Source: a virus
Length of the DNA stretch: 64,000 nucleotides
Virus record (IMG/VR): IMGVR_UViG_3300025000_000084
Span: 7,611 to 71,610 of that record
Direction: 5' to 3' (one strand)
Position 1 is the first letter of the stretch; the number at the start of each line of letters is the position of its first letter. The notes under the pieces are model-generated. The model ran no database searches. It was not told the origin of the DNA and was given only the letters and a program-made list of their open reading frames with translations. Position numbers and translations under genes: made by a program. Of this stretch, positions 28,797-37,092 are shown one piece after another.

Positions 28797-29411
28797 ATGG
28801 ATAAAGGGGGTTTAGCCAACAGGGTAAAAGTCAAACTGGACGAGTTCACTCCCGAGGGAGTGGGCTTGCCCTTTGACGAATACATAGGCCCTCTCCTGGA
28901 CGAGAGTGCAAGGGATCTTGTATTGCAGGGTCCTTTGCACTTATTGTCACCGACCTCCATTCCTCTTACATCTGTCGCGTATGCAGACGGTAAAGCATAC
29001 ATACCCGTCCCAGCGGATTGGGTGCGCCTCTATGAGCTGAAATACCCTTTATGGAAGAAACCTGTTCGAGAGGCCATATCAAAAGAGAATCCTGAGTATA
29101 AGCTGCAGGAAAACGAATATCTCCGGTCCGGCTATGGAAGGCCGAGTGTAGCGGTGGTCACTACCGTAATAGGTGGTGGCGCTGTCACACGATACCTGGA
29201 GTGCGGACGGGTGGATGATCCCGGTGCAACTCCCTTAACTCCCGTGGCCCTCTACGTTGCCGAAACTAAGCCTGAAGATCTTAATGACCAGCTTGTTGAT
29301 GCACTCACTTGGAATGCGACCGCAAAAGTGCTATCAGTTATGGGTATGCAGGACAAAGCGCGCGCGGCTATGGAGCAGTATGTTATTGCCTTGAAGTCAC
29401 TTATGCTATGA
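28797..29411 (+). CDS. Probable head-tail adaptor
   Basis: YIPVPADWVRL...RSGYGRPSV...DALTWNATAKVL; position. Confidence 0.6.
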   Translation: MDKGGLANRVKVKLDEFTPEGVGLPFDEYIGPLLDESARDLVLQGPLHLLSPTSIPLTSVAYADGKAYIPVPADWVRLYELKYPLWKKPVREAISKENPEYKLQENEYLRSGYGRPSVAVVTTVIGGGAVTRYLECGRVDDPGATPLTPVALYVAETKPEDLNDQLVDALTWNATAKVLSVMGMQDKARAAMEQYVIALKSLML

Positions 29412-30094
29412 AAATATCCGGCATATATAGAATTGAATCATTAACAAAGCCCGAAAGAGTTTACGTTGGGAGCTCTGTAAACATTAAGACAAGATGGAGG
29501 AAGCATTTACGTGAATTGCGATCTAATAATCACGTTAACCAGATACTCCAAAACCATTTCAATAAATACGGAGAAACGGATTTTGTCTTTGTAATTGTGG
29601 AACTATGCTTCCCGGAGTTTCTTACAGCAAGGGAACAATATTATATAAACAAAGAGAAGCCACATTTCAATATTTGCGGAATTGCCGGGACTACTTTAGG
29701 ATTTAACCATTCAGAAGAAGCAAAAAAGAAAATAGGCAAGGCGTCAGAAGGAAATAAAAATATGGCGGGTAAACACCATTCCGAAGAATCAAAGAGAAAA
29801 ATTAGCGAGGCCTTGAAAGGCAAACGCATCTCCGAAGAGACAAGGGAAAAATTAAGTGTAGCCAAAAAAGGTAAAGCTTGCAAAGGACACCCTCATACCG
29901 AGGAAACCAAAAAGAGAATAAGTGAAAGCCGAAAAAACAGACCTCCTATTTCAGAAGAGACTCGTAAAAAAATGAGTGAAGCACGTAATGGCAAGGCCCC
30001 TTGGAATAAAGGAAAGAAGGGACTTCAGATAGCGTGGAATAAAGGACTTAAAAGGTCAAACGGCACAAGTGAAAAAAAATTACGAGCAGCATAA
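29408..30094 (+). CDS. Free-standing GIY-YIG homing endonuclease with NUMOD3 repeats
   Basis: Likely start MKISGIYRI...VYVGSSVN, HSEE repeats, ATGA overlap. Confidence 0.9.
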   Translation: MKISGIYRIESLTKPERVYVGSSVNIKTRWRKHLRELRSNNHVNQILQNHFNKYGETDFVFVIVELCFPEFLTAREQYYINKEKPHFNICGIAGTTLGFNHSEEAKKKIGKASEGNKNMAGKHHSEESKRKISEALKGKRISEETREKLSVAKKGKACKGHPHTEETKKRISESRKNRPPISEETRKKMSEARNGKAPWNKGKKGLQIAWNKGLKRSNGTSEKKLRAA

Positions 30095-30159
30095 AAAGCT
30101 GTTCCGGTAAATAAACATGATAATTAACTAATAGTACTAACACTTAAAAAACTACGGAT

Positions 30160-30924
30160 ATGATGTTTGGACAAATATTTCGGATAGTAATGGCTCACCC
30201 GAAGCTCTTTTTAAAGTCTCGTTTCTACGGGACCGAACAGGAACTTGGAGTCAATGCCTTACAGTTTACTCACGGAGGGGTTCCCTTCTCGAATGTAAAA
30301 ACCGTCAAACTAACCATCGGCGGCGTCGGTGTCGCAGGATGCGACAAAAACTTTGCTACGGCAGCCAACACCTCAGAGCAGGTCATTGACATGGGATCTA
30401 TCGTCCCGGCTCTTGCCAGGGTGCTCGATGTCAAATCACATACCCCGGTTGCCTTCAACTCAAAAGCAGTGGCATCAGCACTGGTTTCATTAACTTCTAA
30501 TGTGGCTACAATAACCACAGGAGCAGTTCATGGACTCGTAACCGGAAATACTGTTACTCTTGCAGGATTTACCGAGGCTGATCTTAACGGATCATTTACT
30601 GCCACGGTTACCAGTACTACCGAATTTACGGTGCCTCTTACTCATGCAGACATAGAGGAGGTAGCGGACACAGGTGGAACGGTCACTCCTACCGTTACTC
30701 TTGTTGCCGAGGCTGGTAACTCATCCAGCGGACATGAGTTCGTAGGGAGCACGACCATCAAGGCTGCCGCTGCAATTACCTGTATGGCTGCAGACCATTC
30801 TATGACGGTTGCCCCGGCTGCTGCTGCAAGCAAGGTCTATGTGGCTGTCACGCCTAACGTTTTCTGGGCGAACCTTACAAGTGGGTACGTTGACTACTAT
30901 ATCACGTACATAGAGGCCGTTTAA
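30160..30924 (+). CDS. Virion structural or decoration protein
   Basis: T/A/V-rich beta protein with an inserted ATITTGAVHGLVTGNTVTLAG module common in phage structural proteins. Confidence 0.6.
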   Translation: MMFGQIFRIVMAHPKLFLKSRFYGTEQELGVNALQFTHGGVPFSNVKTVKLTIGGVGVAGCDKNFATAANTSEQVIDMGSIVPALARVLDVKSHTPVAFNSKAVASALVSLTSNVATITTGAVHGLVTGNTVTLAGFTEADLNGSFTATVTSTTEFTVPLTHADIEEVADTGGTVTPTVTLVAEAGNSSSGHEFVGSTTIKAAAAITCMAADHSMTVAPAAAASKVYVAVTPNVFWANLTSGYVDYYITYIEAV

Positions 30925-30934
30925 ATACGCAGCC

Positions 30935-31318
30935 ATGGCCGTATTTGCAGGGAGTACCCCAAAATATCTGCTGCGCATCCGGAATGAGGCAGGGACTCAG
31001 CTCGATCCCTCAAACCTCGCTCAGGTGACGGAGGTAAAGGTGTTCATATATAACGCCATTACTGGTGCTTATGTTGCCCGGTTCATTCTGAATGCCAGTA
31101 CCCTACCAGCGGGATTTACAGTTTTAAGTACCAAGGACCTGGGTGATGGAGACATCCGGGTCCTGATGGTACTCACGGCTGTCATGACCACCGCGGCTGA
31201 AGGCAATCGGAATGAAATTCAGGTCAATGTCGAGATGCCGGATGCCGAGGTTCCTTCCGGGACAAAGGTGCTGATATTGAAGGGGAAATTCCACGAAGTT
31301 CTGCCAGCTAAAACGTAA
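30935..31318 (+). CDS. Virion structural protein (BppU-like adaptor)
   Basis: 127-aa beta-rich ORF preceding fibre genes. Confidence 0.5.
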   Translation: MAVFAGSTPKYLLRIRNEAGTQLDPSNLAQVTEVKVFIYNAITGAYVARFILNASTLPAGFTVLSTKDLGDGDIRVLMVLTAVMTTAAEGNRNEIQVNVEMPDAEVPSGTKVLILKGKFHEVLPAKT

Positions 31319-31321
31319 TCC

Positions 31322-32338
31322 ATGGACGACTCCAGGATAGATATAAACCTTGCCGATAGCCCTGGACTATTCATTCAGGAGCTTGATGATAACATCGGTA
31401 TTGATGTGGTCTTTGATGATCATATCGAGGTTGATATCTTTGCCACGGAGCGTCTTGCCGATCACGGAGGGCTGCAGGGCCTCACCGATGATGACCATAC
31501 TCAATACTACAATCAGGCCCGGGGAGATGCCAGGTACGAGAGGTACCTTGGCCTCCCTGCGGCTAATGATTATGTTCTCTATGGCCGAACTGACGGCACC
31601 CGTTATTGGGGAGTGCCAACGGGAGAAGGAGGTACGGGCTCCGTATATCATAATCTTCTGCTCGGGATCCAGGGAGGCGCGACCGATGACTATTACCATC
31701 TCCCGGCCAACCTCTACAATGCCTTTGAGTATGTTCCCAACGGAGGCAATCCCTATCTGAGGGTTAAGCTGCCGATAGCCTGTGACGGAGATGTTCAGGC
31801 ATTTTCTGATACGGGCTGGCTGCCTCCGGATATATGGGCTGCCATGCCTTATGCTACAAACAGCTCTATAGGTGGGATACAGTTTACAACCGCGAGCCCC
31901 GCGGCCAAGTACCTCAGAGAAGATGGAGCTTGGGTAGTGCCTCCGGTTGGCAGTGGTAGCGGAATGGTTTACCCGGGAGAGGGTATTGCCCGGTCCACCG
32001 GTGCAGCCTGGGCCGCCTCGCTCACAGATAACTCAGTCGGGTGGAATGCTGCCTCAGTATGGGTAGCCGCCAACGGAGCCAACGCTGTGACAGCCTACGG
32101 ATGGGGCAACCATGCGAGCGCCGGCTATCTCACGGCTATCAATAAGGCCCTGGTAGAAGCGGTGCTCACCGGATCCATTACCAGCCATAACCATCCAACG
32201 GTGAATACAGCAAACTACTCCATCGTTCAGGAGAGTGGCAAGCTGGTGATAAAATACGGGGCAACAGCAATAGCGAGCTTCAGTTCGGCAGGGCTATTGA
32301 CTGTGGCTGATGATGTAGAAGCCTTTGGAACACCTTGA
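31322..32338 (+). CDS. Tail fibre-like protein without a signal peptide
   Basis: DHGGLQGLTDDDHTQY, HNLLLGIQGG...YYHL, KYLREDGAW, AYGWGNHASAGY motifs typical of phage fibres. Confidence 0.75.
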   Translation: MDDSRIDINLADSPGLFIQELDDNIGIDVVFDDHIEVDIFATERLADHGGLQGLTDDDHTQYYNQARGDARYERYLGLPAANDYVLYGRTDGTRYWGVPTGEGGTGSVYHNLLLGIQGGATDDYYHLPANLYNAFEYVPNGGNPYLRVKLPIACDGDVQAFSDTGWLPPDIWAAMPYATNSSIGGIQFTTASPAAKYLREDGAWVVPPVGSGSGMVYPGEGIARSTGAAWAASLTDNSVGWNAASVWVAANGANAVTAYGWGNHASAGYLTAINKALVEAVLTGSITSHNHPTVNTANYSIVQESGKLVIKYGATAIASFSSAGLLTVADDVEAFGTP

Positions 32339-32340
32339 CC

Positions 32341-33489
32341 ATGGGAGCGAAAAGACTATATACAACATTTTGGCAGCCTTCAGATTTGAAGTTAGATGCC
32401 TCGTTCCCGCTGCCGGCGAATATTTCTACCGGCACAGGGTACCTGGACTGCATCAATATGAATCTGGCTCTTCTTCGTCAGGTATTGGTATCTGCCTCAA
32501 ATAAGGTGCATGAGTCTGCGGTTATTGAGGGCACCTTTGTTGCCGGAGGAGAGAACGGCAAGGTCAACGCCTGGGCCCGATACAAGCCCGGGACAACGGC
32601 CTATGATACACAACTGCCGGCCAACTGTTATGATAACCCCACCTTTGTTTACAACGCTCCAACTGTATCCTCTGCAAGGATAGGGGATTTTGCCGGCTAT
32701 AATCACTTGGAGGCAACCCGGCCCGTCTATTGGGGTAGTCCTCATCAAAGCGAGGAATATGTATTCTATGGTCCTTTGGAGATTAAGGGAGGCCTGCAGA
32801 GAGGCAAGCTCGGCCCTCTGCTTGGGAGTGGTCCGGAGGACGAGGCTTTTTGGAGCCGGGTCAAGGTGCAGGCATGGCTCAAGGTCAATGACGGAGCCTA
32901 CTCACTTATTGAAACCAGCGACTATGTTGATTTGAGCGAGCCTACCGGGGAAGATGCAACAGTCCTCTTCACCATGGGAGATCACAGCGAGACCATAGGT
33001 AATAACTACACTCTCTGCCTGCGGCCGGTTTATATGGATACCGATGACGTTACTCCACTGGCCGTCTGCGAGGGAGGTGTAGAGATACTTACCTACCGCA
33101 AGTGGGGATCGGCTCAGGATATAGCCGATGCTCTTTCAGTCACCCTCAACGATGTTGACACCCAGGAACCCGTTGGAGGCAACCCGACTACGTTCACCTA
33201 CGACTTTGACCTGAATAACATCTCTGCCGGTGCCATGAGCATGGCCGTCAGACTCAGGGCAGAGGATAACGATGCCTGGTTCAATCAGACATACCTTCTT
33301 ACCTCAGAGGTCACGATCCCGGCCAGCGGCTCGCAGAACTTTGTGGACAGTACCGGCGTGAATCTGCCGGCTACCTTATACGATGGCACCTTCAAGCTGA
33401 CCGTGGAGATCTCAGTGGACGGAGCAGTGACCTGGATTGATGTAGATGACCTTGGAACAGCATTACAACATTGGCAATCATTACCATAA
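32341..33489 (+). CDS. Tail-associated protein
   Basis: KVNAWARYKP...RIGDFAGYNH motif seen in Bacteroidetes phage tail proteins. Confidence 0.6.
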   Translation: MGAKRLYTTFWQPSDLKLDASFPLPANISTGTGYLDCINMNLALLRQVLVSASNKVHESAVIEGTFVAGGENGKVNAWARYKPGTTAYDTQLPANCYDNPTFVYNAPTVSSARIGDFAGYNHLEATRPVYWGSPHQSEEYVFYGPLEIKGGLQRGKLGPLLGSGPEDEAFWSRVKVQAWLKVNDGAYSLIETSDYVDLSEPTGEDATVLFTMGDHSETIGNNYTLCLRPVYMDTDDVTPLAVCEGGVEILTYRKWGSAQDIADALSVTLNDVDTQEPVGGNPTTFTYDFDLNNISAGAMSMAVRLRAEDNDAWFNQTYLLTSEVTIPASGSQNFVDSTGVNLPATLYDGTFKLTVEISVDGAVTWIDVDDLGTALQHWQSLP

Positions 33490-33773
33490 TGAAAGTGAAC
33501 TTCAATACACTCATGCTCTCCTACAGGGGAGAACCGATGAAGGACGAGAAGAACGAGGCGGTATATGCCAAAACCGTCATCTGTGATGTGCTCTCGGCAA
33601 TCAACCAGGCACCGGTAGATGAGAAGATGGAGATGGCAAAACTTGTCGCTGCTATCTGGCAGTCGGTAGGAGAAATAGAGGTCAGCCCCAAACAGGTTGA
33701 GCTCATAAGGAAATATTGCAAGGGGCTCCCGGTGAACCTCTTTGCACAGATTTATAAACTGCTTGAACAATAA
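33489..33773 (+). CDS. Small tail-associated or chaperone-like protein
   Basis: MKVNFN...EIEVSPKQVELI; TAATG coupling. Confidence 0.55.
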   Translation: MKVNFNTLMLSYRGEPMKDEKNEAVYAKTVICDVLSAINQAPVDEKMEMAKLVAAIWQSVGEIEVSPKQVELIRKYCKGLPVNLFAQIYKLLEQ

Positions 33774-33787
33774 AATACACATATACC

Positions 33788-34102
33788 ATGAAAATGCGCA
33801 TAGATAACAACGGAAACCCGGTACCGGTACTTGCAATCGGAGCAAAGGGTGTCTATATAGATGGCACATCAGCAACGGCTAAGTCCGCTGCCCTGGCAGC
33901 TGGTATTTACCGCATCTGTCCTCCGGAGGCTACGGCAGACGGGGTGAACTATACGGCCGGTGCAGATAGTATTGCAGCTCCACTTGAGGCCGAGGCAACA
34001 GACACATACCTGGCTGTGGGAGCCATTGAATCAATCTATGTTCCCGATGGTCATAAGATAGCCGTATTAGGTGGTAAACTGAGTATCACTCTGCTGGATT
34101 AA
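33788..34102 (+). CDS. Small virion protein
   Basis: 104-aa beta-rich ORF starting MRIDNNGNPVPVL. Confidence 0.55.
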   Translation: MKMRIDNNGNPVPVLAIGAKGVYIDGTSATAKSAALAAGIYRICPPEATADGVNYTAGADSIAAPLEAEATDTYLAVGAIESIYVPDGHKIAVLGGKLSITLLD

Positions 34103-34629
34103 TGAGACTGATCAACAACATAGGGCGCACTCTCAACCGGCTCGGATCTAACTTCGGCAAGCCGACTGGACTACCGTCTGCCTTGCGTGATAAGTTCCTG
34201 TTCATCTGGACCGGCAAGTATGACGGGGATAATCTGCTTTCAGACCTGGATGCTGAGGTGATCACGGTAACGGATAAGGATTGGATCACCAGGTTCATCC
34301 CTCCGACTACCGCGGCCACTTTTGCGGTCCCGGATGATGCCACGTTCCTTGCAGCTGACGGTGATGATGACTTCTGGTTTAATGCCGGGGGTGATCTTCA
34401 GGAAAAGACCCATGCGAATCTCATTTCCAGCACAACCGAGAGGTCCTTTGTTAAGTATGCGGACACCGAGCCTCATAACGTGATAGGCATAGGCATCCTC
34501 AAGACGGGTGAAGTGCTGAGTGCCGGGGAGATAATCAAGGTGAACCGGTACTTCCGTCTGTGGGCTGAGTATTGGGGTGAGCTGATGGATAGCGGGTACA
34601 TGAAAGACAACAGGATAGGTAACGAATAA
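34102..34629 (+). CDS. Hypothetical structural protein
   Basis: 175 aa, TAATG coupling. Confidence 0.55.
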   Translation: MRLINNIGRTLNRLGSNFGKPTGLPSALRDKFLFIWTGKYDGDNLLSDLDAEVITVTDKDWITRFIPPTTAATFAVPDDATFLAADGDDDFWFNAGGDLQEKTHANLISSTTERSFVKYADTEPHNVIGIGILKTGEVLSAGEIIKVNRYFRLWAEYWGELMDSGYMKDNRIGNE

Positions 34630-34639
34630 ACTCAAGACA

Positions 34640-36556
34640 ATGAAGAAGATAATAATCATTCTGATAGCGGTTATGCTGATGGGACTGGCCGGTTGTATCG
34701 GGACAAAAATATATCTCGGCAAGGAGCAGTCCATCACAAAGGACCTGGAGCTTCTGGATGAGGGACCAATAGCCAGGGCAATAGATCCGACTACCGTTCC
34801 TGCCGGAGGTACCTGGGGCACGGTCCGCGGGATCCTGAACACTAACTTCAGTAATATCAACGGGACCCTGGACTCGGTGGAGGTCACGCTGGCGGAGTTT
34901 GCCGATAGCATCACGAACTATTCAGCGGATATTGCACTGCGAACTCTCATCGGTGATGTACGAGATGAAATTGCGGATAGTCTCAACGTCTTGCGTCCAT
35001 CTGTGCTTTTTAAATCCGATAGTACACTTTATGCTACTCAAAGCGATCTTGCAGCTATTGAAACCGGGGCAGTTGATAGTGCTGTTTATGCCACAAGAAA
35101 TTATGTCGGGATAACCTTTGCTCCAATAGCAAACCCGGTATTTACCGGAATACAGAAGGTAAGTACGACTGATACTCTTGCAACAATGGCATATGCCCGT
35201 CAGTATGGAGGAACCGGAACGGTCACAATATCTGATGTGCAGGATGAGATTGCTGATAGCTTGAATGTCCTTAGACCTCTTACCCTTGTTGGTGATGCAA
35301 CTGCCGGTCCGTTTTTTGATGGAAGTTCTGATGGTGGTCAATTACTCTATTTCTACGGAGACAATGGGTTCTATACGGCCCTCCAGGGAGGAGCGCCAAC
35401 GGCAAATAGGAGTTACAGACTTCCTATAGCAGCACTTCCGTCCGCTGGCACTACAAGTTTATTGAATATTGATGAGAATGGTAACATGGGATTTGTTGCT
35501 TCGGCTACATTCAACGCGGCAACAGTTACCGGGTTTACTCCTGCAAGTGGTTCTTTAACTTTGAGTGGAGCAGATGCGTTAACTTTTACTACAACAGCTA
35601 CTACAGGTGTAACCCTGCCAACTTCAGGCACATTAGCTACAATAGAGAACATTAATGACAGTCTTGACGCAAGGATAGGAGGGGGCGTAGAGCTCTCGGA
35701 TGTAGCTATAATGATTGCAGACAGTACCGGAAACGCTGTAGGTAATTATGTCACACGAAAGGCCCTTATTGACAGCCTTGCGGCTAATCCGGCGGGGTTA
35801 TCTTCTGGGGCCGTTGCTACAATGATTAATGACAGCATACAGGCACGACTTGACGTGGCTGTTGACGGGGTTAGACTTGCCGATTCTGTGAACTACGTCA
35901 ATGGTTATATGTCGAGATATGATGGAGTGACTGGATTAGCTACAAAGATTAATGTTGCCGATAGTACAGGTAATGCCCCAGGGAACTATGTCACACGAAA
36001 AGCATTAGTTGACAGCCTTAATGCAATAGCCGGAGGATTGGTGATTGGCGATGTCCGTGACGAGATAGCCGACAGCTTAAACGCTCTGCGACCAAGCATA
36101 CTTACCGAGGCAGACCTACGAAAGTATGACAGCGACACTACAACCCTCTTTGTCTTCGGTGCTGGCAGCGGAGGGGCAGAGGCAGACACAGCCTTATTTA
36201 CGGCAAGCAATATCTATGGGTCTTTCTACAATGCGGGGTCGGATACTTTGGTGGTGACATCGCTTCGGGCGGTGATGATAGCAGGGACAACGCCATTAGG
36301 AACAGATACTCTCTCAATACAGATATATTGGAACGACACGATAAACGTGACTACTGGCAATAGCTTCGTTGTACTGAACACCGACCCTCTCGGCATAAAC
36401 TCCACGACCACGGGAACGGTTGATTCATCTTTCGATAACTCAGCTATCCCGCCTAACGTGTGGGTGTTCTGTAAGTCGCCCGGGGTAGTGACGGGGCGAA
36501 AGCCAAAGGCATTGATTGTGAATATGACCGGGTACAAACGTAACAGAAGTTATTAA
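34640..36556 (+). CDS. Tail-fibre-like protein with a lipoprotein signal peptide and internal repeats
   Basis: MKKIIIILIAVMLMGLAGC lipobox; fibre motifs GTWG..ILNTNF, APIANPVFTG, VTLPTSGTLAT; three DV(R/Q)DEIADSLNxLRP repeats. Confidence 0.75.
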   Translation: MKKIIIILIAVMLMGLAGCIGTKIYLGKEQSITKDLELLDEGPIARAIDPTTVPAGGTWGTVRGILNTNFSNINGTLDSVEVTLAEFADSITNYSADIALRTLIGDVRDEIADSLNVLRPSVLFKSDSTLYATQSDLAAIETGAVDSAVYATRNYVGITFAPIANPVFTGIQKVSTTDTLATMAYARQYGGTGTVTISDVQDEIADSLNVLRPLTLVGDATAGPFFDGSSDGGQLLYFYGDNGFYTALQGGAPTANRSYRLPIAALPSAGTTSLLNIDENGNMGFVASATFNAATVTGFTPASGSLTLSGADALTFTTTATTGVTLPTSGTLATIENINDSLDARIGGGVELSDVAIMIADSTGNAVGNYVTRKALIDSLAANPAGLSSGAVATMINDSIQARLDVAVDGVRLADSVNYVNGYMSRYDGVTGLATKINVADSTGNAPGNYVTRKALVDSLNAIAGGLVIGDVRDEIADSLNALRPSILTEADLRKYDSDTTTLFVFGAGSGGAEADTALFTASNIYGSFYNAGSDTLVVTSLRAVMIAGTTPLGTDTLSIQIYWNDTINVTTGNSFVVLNTDPLGINSTTTGTVDSSFDNSAIPPNVWVFCKSPGVVTGRKPKALIVNMTGYKRNRSY

Positions 36557-36557
36557 G

Positions 36558-37091
36558 ATGAAGAAATATATTATCATTCCGATACTACTCCTCAGCATCA
36601 TTTGTAACGCTCAGTTCACAAAGGGAGGAGGGCAATTTCTGAAGACGGGGAGCGGTTTTATGTCGGCTCCGGCAATAGTAGAACCTCCCGCTGTCAATAT
36701 GCTTTCTAATGGCACATTTGATGATGCAACGGATTGGACTTGTAGTAGTGTGGTTTGGACAATAACGGGAGGTAAGGCTAATTATGATAATACCGGAAAT
36801 TCGAGAATATATCAAGCCTCTGGAGATATGGTTATATCGATAGAGGCGAGTACGGCCTATACCATAACTTTTGATGTAGATATCATTGCTGGTGCTCCAC
36901 CCGAACTTACCCTGCAATTTTGTTCTTCAAACGCATTAATTGTGTATGCGGCCTATGCAAATTTTACCGAAGGAGCCATGAGCGCAAGTTTTACTACACC
37001 AAGCGATATAGGCGATGGGGGATTGGGTATAAGGGCAGCAGTAGGTGGAGCCACCGCCACTATAGATAATCTTGTATTAACCGAAGATTAA
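36558..37091 (+). CDS. Secreted carbohydrate-binding-module-like protein
   Basis: Signal peptide ending ICNA|Q; NMLSNGTFD...YTITFDV...IDNLVL resembles a CBM4/9-type jelly roll. Confidence 0.65.
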   Translation: MKKYIIIPILLLSIICNAQFTKGGGQFLKTGSGFMSAPAIVEPPAVNMLSNGTFDDATDWTCSSVVWTITGGKANYDNTGNSRIYQASGDMVISIEASTAYTITFDVDIIAGAPPELTLQFCSSNALIVYAAYANFTEGAMSASFTTPSDIGDGGLGIRAAVGGATATIDNLVLTED

Positions 37092-37092
37092 A

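Noticed and set aside
562-30094. Group I introns hosting the GIY-YIG genes
   Set aside because: The endonuclease ORFs abut or overlap complete flanking genes, leaving no space for an intron core, and the neighbours do not look split.
14890-30094. C-terminal Ala-Ala ends (DKAA, RRAA, LRAA) as ClpXP degrons
   Set aside because: Such endings are common in phage genes and there is no further evidence here.
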